Below are positions 55,608-64,000 of a stretch of 64,000 nt of DNA, piece after piece. Both the position numbers and the translations under genes were made by a program. The notes under the pieces are model-generated. The model was not told the DNA's origin. It saw only the letters and a list, made by a program, of their open reading frames with translations, and did not search any database. This stretch comes from Paraspadella gotoi (Eukaryota > Animalia > Chaetognatha): NCBI GenBank assembly GCA_051294375.1, contig CM119268.1, forward strand, positions 6,799,731-6,863,730. The letters are read 5' to 3'. Positions within the stretch are counted from its first letter, which is position 1. Each line of letters opens with the position of its first letter.

Positions 55608-55655
<48 letters not shown>

Positions 55656-56942
55656 CTGGCGTCGAAGCGATCGAGGCATTTCTCGATGAAACAAAGAACT
55701 CATGGGCAAGTTGGTCACGTGATCGATGGCCAATCGAAAAAAAAAAGCGAAGAAGAAAAAGAGAAAAGTTTTTTTGACCCAAATACGAAACTCCGAAAAG
55801 ACAGTACAACAGAGAAAATTTGTCTTGTCGTTTTTGTACAGAAACACTATTTTTCTTTATTTATATTTTATGAAGGCTTTACTATTTAATCTAAATTAGA
55901 AATTAATAATTATATATATATTTCTTTTTTGTTTAATTTTTACTTATCATATCTTATCTAATCTAATATCTCACTAAAGCCACCGGTGTATAATTTTCCC
56001 AAATAAACGTCTTCCTTTCGTTTTAGCTTCATGTTCGACTATCGATCGAAATGACTGTTGTATTGAAGCCCGAACTGTACCGTATCGTATTTGGCACGAA
56101 CCCGTTATCCTCTTCCAGGTTTTTCATTTGTGTCGCCCCCCCCCCTCTGGAGGTGGCGTCGTTCATTCGGAGCTAGGGGGGGGAGGGGAGATTCCCAAAG
56201 ACCCAAAGACCCAGAGCACCATTGGTAAAATACAAATCCGGATGTGGCAAGGAAGAATCAATGACTTCTTTGTTTAACCAAGCCATGGTTCAAATATGTA
56301 ATTTGAATTAATTATTGTGAAAAGAAGCGTTTAATTTATTACGACGATATTGTAAACATCCGGATTACGTATAGCTTAAAAAAAAACCTTTCTGTCGAAA
56401 CTTTTAAAATGGTTTCGACTGAATCGGTCATTTGATGAAGCAAAATTACCATGTATTCGTCCCAAGGTCGATAAATTATCTATCTTTCGTGAAAAGTTCA
56501 AACAATATTTAATTATTTATATCACAATATGAGGATAATTTTGAAACAAAAATATTGAGAGAAAGAAAAGGGATAAACGGAAAGGGATTAAAAAAAAAAA
56601 CAAAGAAAGGAAAAGATGTTCCTAATAAAGGAGAAAGGAGGCAAAATAAAAAGGCAATAAATCATTTTCTATTAAAAACTATGAATTGATAAAAAAACCC
56701 CAAAAAAAGACGGAAACGTAAAGGAGAAAAGAAAGGTTAGAGAAAAAAAAATTCTCCGTCCATCAAATATCGAGGAAATCAAAGAGTTTTTAATTGAAAA
56801 ATTCTCTTAAAATAAATGTATTTTGAAAAATGGAAAAAAAAGTCCATTTGAATTTTTAAATGAATGAAAAACGTGAAAGGAAATAATTAAAGCGTCAAAT
56901 GAAAAATTCAGAAAAGGGGAAAGGACGGAGAGTGTTTGAAAG

Positions 56943-57007
<65 letters not shown>

Positions 57008-57430
57008 AGAGAGAGAGATAAAGAGAGAGATCGCAAAAGAGAAAAAGAGAGAAAAGAGACAGAGAGAGGGAAATCATTTGTCAAGTTCCATTTTTTAAAA
57101 CATTTTTCTTACAATTTATGCTTTGAAACAAAGCGTCAGCGTTGTGGAAATTATTAATGAATGTCTTTAATGAACCAAGAAAATTATAAATATCACGATT
57201 AAGCTTAACAACACAGTCAACGCATTCTTCAATCTTCAACAATCATCCAATTTCCAAATCTGCTAATTCGTCTAAAATAAAATTTTTACTTTCGATAAAT
57301 TAAAAATTTTAATGCAACAACCGATGCAAAGGGATATATTTCGAAATAATTTATTCAATCTTACCGATCCACGACAGGGGCGCTGGGAACTCCAACGTCG
57401 ATATAACGAAGTCGTCCACGTTCGCCAACC
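38369..57430 (-). CDS. Extracellular leucine-rich-repeat protein (LRRs + LRR-CT); 5' exons not identified
   Basis: Exons join in frame through phase-1 introns: 57430-57365 (GLANVDDFVISTLEFPAPLSWI), 51849-51688 (EPEAFRGLTNVTNLMMKGMHLRELRPNSFVGLSNVVHLLLSGSNVTVVRSRAFA), 47688-47545 (GIRNVSFLKLDHCAISVIEGGAFVGMNDVYYIDLSGNKLKTLAPDALE; 144 nt = 2 LRRs) and 38899-38737 (GIESRDGWLDLIDNPWSCDCRIEW..CDSPPRLR; LRR-CT). A probable last exon lies at ~38500-38369 (error-prone). Confidence 0.88.
40407..40920. repeat. Degenerate ~30-bp purine-rich tandem repeat
   Basis: Variants of gatggctggagatgggaagtgagaggggaa recur more than 10 times. Confidence 0.8.
42385..42590 (+). mobile_element. DINE-1/HINE-like (non-autonomous Helentron-type) element fragment
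   Basis: A TTTTT run is followed by the hairpin agttgcgccgcga-ctac-tcgcggagcaact, then ctataag and a (GTCG/GTCT/GTCC)n microsatellite. This matches the 5' layout of DINE-1-like elements. The 3' end is not resolved. Confidence 0.45.
43034..43138. repeat. 35-bp x3 tandem repeat, each unit with an inverted CCAAT box, upstream of the ODC-like gene
   Basis: ttgattggNtgtttgctggcagaaatcgNaacatt starts at 43034, 43069 and 43104. Confidence 0.9.
43655..46068 (+). CDS. ODC1: Ornithine decarboxylase-like PLP-dependent (group IV) decarboxylase, nested antisense in an LRR-gene intron
   Basis: Exons 43655-43858, 43946-44117, 44407-44586, 45197-45497 and 45726-46068. Motifs: PRVKIFYAVK|VNPD, GFDCASKREM, IVFSNPNK, GVHFHVG, LLDLGGGFPG, IAEPGRY, YFLNDG, GPTC, GYSAIIATSFNGF. 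Exons 3-5 contain several 1-nt indels, likely sequencing errors. The symbol denotes family only; orthology is not shown. The start may be the ATG at 43511. Confidence 0.9.
44151..44231. repeat. (ATC)n microsatellite in ODC-like intron 2
   Basis: Directly visible. Confidence 0.95.
44846..45085 (+). mobile_element. tRNA-derived SINE-like element in ODC-like intron 3
   Basis: gccgtaaTAGCGCAATGGgctaacgc (A box) and ggtcccGAGTTCGGAAC (B box) lie at tRNA spacing, followed by a unique body and an AT-rich tail. Confidence 0.6.
46855..46930 (-). mobile_element. Degenerate tRNA-like or SINE-head fragment
   Basis: The minus strand reads ..ttgattgtgaacaatctgtcccgggatcaaatccgggagatg, a T-arm-like hairpin. 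A related gtcccgggttcgattcc occurs at ~62340. Confidence 0.3.
47786..51628. repeat. 19-bp minisatellite (aatcacacttctccctttt/c), ~200 copies, filling an LRR-gene intron
   Basis: An uninterrupted 3.8 kb tandem array between LRR exons 47688 and 51688. Confidence 0.98.
52897..55374 (-). CDS. Intronless ~790-825 aa Pro/Gln/Met-rich protein of unknown function, nested in an LRR-gene intron on the same strand
   Basis: A 2.5 kb uninterrupted, GC-enriched ORF. The track start at 55374 is TTG; the first ATG is at 55278. It has an Ala-rich segment, an acidic tract, a poly-Arg NLS-like run, the motif ARVRWEDGQVTCEPL and ~30-aa repeats (SNQEHSLP..PVPQ.MI..PP). Confidence 0.75.
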   Translation of the reverse strand: MKSTKTTTEITKTETTKTVPPNPYNSSSQKIEMWSSKTFGPLFPPPAATAPAAPAAPPALIPTSHRSAGSSLPVPIPPAAPTSSTSHVDALVAAQQRLTASMDSLYRSHADLMNSASRLSDVVASANAAVAAAAAAVEKNAAAVDNAVLDGHAFNGDDANEDAADNHFSRKEDDYDRPGAIGPGPNDEDEEEKEEEEEEIEEDQEEDSSSSDDEDFCVNIFGYDYHAPEPSHPNLRRRRRRRLNVLTAPVPIRIPPSPSGYRLMLYAAEIGPDGTVSLVQAPAPKGPPLTYYSVMGVWARVRWEDGQVTCEPLPLVKRGKREANRRIFPKLQVMKVSSLLTPEYPETTREEHSTKPKPVKQTPSKTWVMTSPTFQVPGKKPDIFESSWTTPTPFELEEGLPTEMKLAVPDDLKDIFPPEMILSEPEPTNLHRLLEPTPNNPKTTVKLDFDRPLIPFVRNSPARSFLLPRSGTAVLPVEPMSLIPERSNIHLLLMTPTTPDGTEPIGPTMMLWSVMNDIVRQWEYSFQVVPLLPGMYKKWFNKWLLSSLPPPEIQPLVLPQMIFNVPSMPLMQTFPQNLTMPQVQMIPGQQMMIEMPGDATSPNQEQSLSSQTQNRTTPVQQMILHMPPHTLPLMPSNQEHSLPRHMAPVPQKMICPPPNLMPPTTQKKHLVLTQTDIPTLSVQHTIYAPSSNQEHSLPQQPTPVPQMMISLPPHLIRQRPSIQEHSLLQQTTPGQHSITPMWENFPMPQNSSPSPLNAWPWENDNVSQSTTTARQIPAAGEHSPQQHLIPLQPTNLEHLLPGNLRHLINDDDFDDDDDDDGNEIR
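55712..55737 (-). promoter_or_regulatory. E-box (GTCACGTGA) plus CCAAT, a candidate promoter of the nested ORF
   Basis: ggtcacgtgatcgatggccaatcg lies ~440 bp upstream of the first ATG of the 52897-55374 ORF. Confidence 0.3.
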
Positions 57431-57666
57431 CTTAACAAATGAACAGTTGAACGTCATTGGATTCTAACAGTTTATTTCTAATATCTTGTTTGCTTGGAAT
57501 TTTAAAAATTAAATAAATAAAAAAAACAAATGTTATATACCAGAAGTAATTTAAAAAAAAAACTACAAGTATAATAGATTAAAAATGTCAAATAAAAATT
57601 GAAATATGAGGTGAATAGAAGAAATAAGGGACTCACAGAAAGAGGGGAGAGAGAGGGGGGGAGAGT

Positions 57667-57721
<55 letters not shown>

Positions 57722-58269
57722 AGAGAGAGAGACATAATTAACAGGCTCCGACTTTCTCCTTCACTGTTAATCGTCGACGCTTCGCTAACGATTCTCTTTT
57801 TTTGCGTCTCCAGCAAAAAACTAAAAAAAGTAAAAAAAAAAAAAATTAAATTGATTCGTTTTTTTTCCACGACGAATTTATTATCTCGTTTGAGATGATA
57901 ATCTTACGATTTAGCCAAAGCTTAAATTTTTTTTTTTACCCTCGTAAGTTTTGGCTCATTTCCCCCAACCCAACCAGGCCGACATCTCACATCTCACATC
58001 TCACAAAGTCTTTGCCTTCATTCCCTTCTTTTCCAGTCTTGACAATCCGCTCCGATCTTTCCTCCCTGTCTTTTCCTTGTCTTTCCCTGCCCAATCTTTC
58101 TTCCATGCCATTTCCCTGTCTTTCTCAGTCTCATGCCATCTCTCTCCCTTCGACGACATTCTTCGCTTCCGATTCCATCCATTTTCTCTCGCGCGTCGAT
58201 CCTCACCCTCGTTCCAACTCTCACCCGACTTACCCTCACCCTCCCCGACTCTCTCTCTCTCTCTCTCTC

Positions 58270-58352
<83 letters not shown>

Positions 58353-59400
58353 AAAACCTCACCTCCCATTTTCCTCTTCGGAAATTGAATCTCGTTTTCT
58401 CATTCGGATTTTGTTCACCTCAAAAATCTTTCGCCTTTGAATGCGAATCGCCTTTCGAGCCGAGGGAAGGAGCTTCGCTCGTCGTCTTTGTCCTTGTCCT
58501 CCTAAGTCGTTTTGGTCTTTGTCCTCCCCGTCGTCGTTTCTGTCTTTGTCCTTGTCCTCCTCGGGTCATTCTGGTCGCTGCCCTTGTCATCCCCGATGTC
58601 GTTTTTGTCATTGTGCTTCTTCGTTGACTTTGTTATTGTATTCGTCCTCGGATTCCGATTGAACGTTGTCATTTCCTCGTCGTCGTCTTCGTCGTCGTGG
58701 CCGTCGTCGTCGTCTTGGTCGTCGTCGTCGTCGTCGTCGTCGTCTTCGACCTTGCCAAGGCTTTTGTCTTCGTCGCTTTCATTGTCCTCTCGAAATGGTT
58801 GCCAAAATGGTGACTCTTTGTCTTTTCTTTGTCTACGGCGTCGGCGTCGTCTTGTTTTCTCCACGAAACAATTGAAAATTGACCAATGACCAAAGTCTAT
58901 CTTGCGATATTATTTGATTGGCGATTTGAGCTTATGTTTAGCAATACAACATAAAACTACGCAATAACTAATCATTTCATTCGTTACTTTGCTTGTCACT
59001 GTTTCTGCCGCAGCCGAACGCAATACTTAATTTGACTACAATTCTACGTCGTTAAAAAAGCAATGAAAACCATGACTGAAAAAATAGCACCGGCTGCATC
59101 GGTAACATTTTCAGCAGCATCAGCTGCATCAGCCGCTGCAGCCGTTTCCGTAGACACGCGAATGCGCAGGACGTTGCCCCGTTTCCAAAACTGATTTCCC
59201 GTTTAATATTCCCACTTTTTTTCCCTTTTTTTTTCGCACAACAGAGACTTTCTTACTCAACGCGAATGCAAATCGCGTACGAGAGAAGAAAAAAATCTCT
59301 GGGGTTTATGTTTCGAATTTATTTACATCTTATTTTTGTTTAAACTCTGAAAAGTCATGGTATAAATAGGCAAACTGGGAGAGAGAGAGAGAAGAGAAGA

Positions 59401-59466
<66 letters not shown>

Positions 59467-59605
59467 TTGAAAATCTCGATTCAGCAAAGTTTTTTTACTC
59501 TTTTCAATTCGAAAAAAAAAACAGCAAAGTCGTCCTTTTTTTTTCCCTTTCAAAGTTCGACAGACACGTGGGCGTCTTGCTTTCCATTTCGCTTCTGTCT
59601 TTCTC

Positions 59606-59706
<101 letters not shown>

Positions 59707-60219
59707 TATTGATCTTTCTTCTACTCTTAATTTTTTCCCTAATTTCCTTCACTGTTTTTTTTCTGTCCTTTTCTCTTTTTAGTTAACAAGAAATTTAATG
59801 TGGTCGACGTGGCGTTTGCTATTAAGTCTCTCGTTCAACTTGAATTTGATACAAAAGTTGACCCATAGTCCATCTTTCCATCATTGCCGCCCGACTCACT
59901 TAAATCTTCTTCTGCTTCACCTTTCTTCCTCGGATTCACGATTTTTTTTCACGTGATTCACGAAGATTCAGCTTCGAGTCTTTCAGATTTATTTTCGCCT
60001 CGTTTTTTTTTTTTGCCCCACGAAAGTCAACCAGACGGACGGACAGATAGATAGGGAGACGTTGTGGTTATTTATCCGCCGATCGATTCCCGAAAGATGA
60101 CTCACTCAATCACGACGCTTATTTCTGCATAAAATTAAAAAGAGAGAAGAATGTCAGAAAGATGGAGAGAGAGGGTGTGTGTGTGAGAAAGATAGGGAGA
60201 GAGAGAGAAATAAATATAG

Positions 60220-60250
<31 letters not shown>

Positions 60251-62055
60251 TTGCGAAACTAGAAAATTAAAAAAAAAAAATTGATCCGACTTAATTTTAT
60301 CCTCCGTTACGTTTTCATCTGTTTGCGTGACATTTTGCTTTTTGTTTATTTTTTGTGTCGGTTTTTTGTTTACTTTTCTCGTCACCAGATAAAAAAGATT
60401 TTCGATAAAAAGTTTGTCTTTTTTTAGACTTTTTTTTTTATAAATTTGAATAGTATAGTACACAATCAACGAATTAATGCAGATTTATTCGTAACGACGG
60501 GTATTCGAAGAACGTGTCACGGATGAAGTACCTATATTATGTTACGAACAACGTCTCAACCAAATTACGACAATCCCCTCGTTCGTCTCAATCTTTTCAT
60601 CATTTTGTCATTTTATCATTTTGTCATTTTATCATCGGAGCAAATTACGGACGGCGTCTCGTCCGACGCCGTCTTGACCTCGGACGACACCTGGTTACGC
60701 CATCTGGACGCATCAATTTCATTTCCGAGAAATCTTTCCTCTCATCTTTCTCCTCTATTTTTCATTTGATTTTTTTCCTTTCTCTTCCTCTCTTCCCTTC
60801 TTTTTTTTTTTAGGTTCATTTTCTCCCGTTTTCTCTCACTTTTTTCTTTAGCTCTTTCTGGTTTTCTCACTAATATTCTTAGGCATATTGTTACGTATCT
60901 ATTACCCAAACTCGTACCTAAAATTACATTCACATCTTCCGATCCCCTTCCGCTCTACATCCACGTGTCCCATTTTCAATCTCACCTGTGGAACTCACCT
61001 AAACTCATTCTTTTCCCTTCTTCTCTCAACACGCCATCTTTCTTCGCAATCTCTCCCATCACTGAGTCTTCAACTCACCCCCCTTTCCCACTTTCTCCCC
61101 CCCACCTCCCCGGTCCACCCCCTCCCACTTCTACCCCAACGTCCCGCCCTTTGCCACCTCACGCGCTCGATTCCAACCCCCCGATGTCTACACCTCCCAC
61201 CGCGCCGGAGGTTTTGACAAATGACGAGCACCTGCCCGGCGAGGGCGCGATCTCCCCGGCAGGTGCGAAGGTGGGGAGATGGGGGCGTTGCGAGAAAGGA
61301 GGGATGGTAGGTGCCTCGTGTTGAGGGTGGGAGGTGGGGAGGTGGGGAGGTGAGGGTTTTGATTGGGTGTGAATGTCCCCGGGGGAGGGGAGAGCAGAGA
61401 AGCCCTCACGTACGGGGATTAAACCCGGTCATCTTCGCAAGATCACGTCGCCAACATCCGGGAGAAATGTCGGTTCTGTTCAATTCGATTCCATTTAAGT
61501 GCCATCCAGATTCTATATCGATTTCACCCCTATTCCATCTCTATGCCATTTCAATGCTTTCCCGGTGCCATCTCGATGCCAACTCGATTCTTTCTCTATG
61601 CCATTTCGAAGCCATCTCCCTTCCAAATAAACACTGGTAGGCGTGAGAAAAAAAATTTAATCTTTTTTTTTATTACATTAAAAAGCATCAGGAGGAGTCA
61701 CTAGTGATACTAAAGAAGTGGTCTCTAGTATAATGACACATTATTTTATCCGAGCAAGTTCAACGACACCTCACGTTGTCACGTTGCCACGTCGGTGACA
61801 CGCTTCTGACCGAAGAGATTAGAGAGATCTAGTGTCCCCTAAGACCATGACGTAGAGAGAGAGAGAGAGAAGAGAAGAGAAGAGAAAGGAGAGAGAGAGA
61901 AAGAGGAGAATGAGAAAGAGGAGAGAGAGAGAGAGAGAGAAGAGAGAGAGAGATGAGAAGAGAAGAGAGAGAGGAGAGAAGGAGAATCTGCCCGAAATAA
62001 ACTCATCCAAAGGGCAGGAAAATGTATACCGCAGAGTTGGGTTGTGGTGTCTCTC

Positions 62056-62117
<62 letters not shown>

Positions 62118-62663
62118 TCTACTCATCTTTTTCCCCCGGTCAACAGCGGCGCTTCGTTTACACTCATCTTTAACAAATTCTGACAAATTAACTTCTGTCC
62201 TGTTTGGAAGTCGACGTTGACAAAAGACGGACGACGACGGCGACGATGACGACGACGATGACAATTAGTTCACAAAAAGATTAAAAATTTTAATTTGAAA
62301 CAAGAAAAACAGTTGAAAGTTCAGCTCAAAAGCTCAATAGTCCCGGGTTCGATTCCTCCAGCTTGGATTTTTTTTTCTATGGGCGCTCCGACATTAAAGG
62401 TCAGGCGAAAAATAAAACCCATGACGCGAAAATAAAAAAAAAAAAAAAAGGTTTATTTTTGTGTTCGTAGAAAATCGCGAGAAAAGAGGATCTGAGGATA
62501 AAATAAGAGAGAGAGAGAGAGATGTTGAAATCTCGATTCAGCAAAGTAAGCTTATTTAATGGATAATTTTTATATTGGTTGTACCAATTTCATAAAATTC
62601 ATAAAATTTTGATGCTGGGCGGTGTATAATATATAATATAGATCTAATACTTAATACTTTTCT

Positions 62664-62896
62664 TACCATTGAAACATTCTTTGATAGGGAATCCAGGAAC
62701 TCTGGGAGTGAATAAACGAAACTGTGAGAGAGTCTTGATTGAAAGCTTGCAGGGACCTGCGATGTTATTATCTTGTAAGAGTGATGGAGGCCTTAAACCA
62801 CCAAAGCCTGTCCAAAGTCAGGGGCAAGATAGCTTATTTATTAAATGAATGGATATTGGATATTTTTTTTATTGGTTGTTCCAATTTCATATATAC
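62664..62896. mobile_element. Second independent copy of the ~240 bp MITE-like repeat
   Basis: Homologous to 24148-24392 (and to ~16306-16545 and ~32408-32670). A further 3'-end fragment lies at ~62548-62596. Confidence 0.6.
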
Positions 62897-63775
62897 TTGA
62901 GCAAAACAACACCACGATTCGTCTTCGACGTCCTTTGTTGACGAAGTTTCTGCCTCACTCGCTCGATGGCGCTTTTGTTTCGGCGCGAACAGTCAGGCGC
63001 GAAGTAGACCGGAAGTCGTTGAGGACGCTGACGACGCCACTAACGCCATCGGGTGTGTGGAGGAAATGTTCGTTTTGAATGTGGACGAGGTATCGAAATG
63101 AGATTCCCGAGGTTGGACTGACGAGAGGCAAGTAAAAATCAGGAGGAGAAGAGAGATTAAAAATAAGCAGCAGAAAATGGCGATGATGAACAAAAATTTC
63201 ACAAGAATGGAAAAAAAAAAAGACAATAAAAGATCGTATTTCGAGTGAACCAGAGGAGTCATAGTCATTGACTATTAGTGACTATTAGTCACGGATGGAT
63301 TTTTTTAATTCCCACTAATGCTAAACTTCTCTTTCGTTACGGTATCTTTAAGTTTTAAATTATTCTTTCGGGTTTAAAATTTAGCTTTTTTACCTTTTGA
63401 TTAAACTTTGAATCGAAATGTTAAGATACATATCTTCTCTTATTTTATTTCTCGTTGTACTAGATGAAAAACGCGTTCTTAGAAGCTGGTAACGACGAAT
63501 TTAACTTCTTAAACTGACATACTGACAGACGGAAAAAGTGTTTGGGATGTCGCCATGACTAAAAACTCTAATATGACAGAATATCAGAAACAAATGGCGA
63601 CGAAACAAAAAGAGAGAGGAGGGAGAGGAAGGAGGAGGAAGCACGACGGGCCTGAAGGGACGATGGATTCATGTCGCTTTGTCTCGATAAATTCCGAGGT
63701 CCACGTGAACCCAAAGGCGGGAGGAACCGACAATGACGACGACGACCGACGACGACGACGAACGATTGTGAGGAG

Positions 63776-63895
63776 GAACAATCTGCGACGAAAATGAACA
63801 ATTCGGACGAAATGAGCAATCCGGGACGAAAATTAACAATCCGGGACGAGAAATGAACAATCTGCGGACGAAAATAGACAATTCGGAACGAATAC
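63776..63895. repeat. Degenerate ~20-bp tandem repeat (aacaatccgggacgaaaatg), ~6 copies
   Basis: Directly visible variant units. Confidence 0.8.
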
Positions 63896-64000
63896 GAAAA
63901 ATCTAGAGATGGACCGCATTATTCAAAGAGGAAAATAAAGTAACAATCAGTTGGCAAAACATAAAACCCTTTGAATCCAGACAACGAATGAAAAGTGCCC

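Noticed and set aside
62955-63118. Possible additional minus-strand exon of the LRR gene
   Set aside because: It has a plausible acceptor and an open frame, but no LRR or signal-peptide pattern and no supported join to exon 57430.

Overview
This is AT-rich, intron-rich animal (invertebrate) genomic DNA with many GA/ACG/ATC microsatellites. The assembly is error-prone: there are frequent 1-nt indels and four gaps of exactly 25 N. Genes were rebuilt by hand from GT-AG junctions. (1) A divergent rhodopsin-class GPCR on the minus strand. (2) Head-to-head with it, a 9-exon secreted chymotrypsin-like S1 protease with a Gly-rich linker and a C-terminal chitin-binding CBM14 domain (349 aa in the clean copy). 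(3) A possible low-complexity plus-strand gene. These three lie in an ~8 kb block present as three overlapping copies (~11.8-38.2 kb), most likely haplotype or gap-filling redundancy rather than a true triplication. (4) A minus-strand leucine-rich-repeat (LRR) gene spanning ~38.4 to >=57.4 kb. Three consecutive introns of it each carry cargo: an antisense ornithine-decarboxylase-like gene whose substrate-binding aspartates appear replaced, a 3.8 kb 19-bp minisatellite, and an intronless ~800-aa Pro/Gln-rich ORF with no family I recognise. Several tRNA-derived SINE-like, MITE-like and DINE/HINE-like elements also occur. I found no prokaryotic systems, CRISPR arrays or intact RNA genes.
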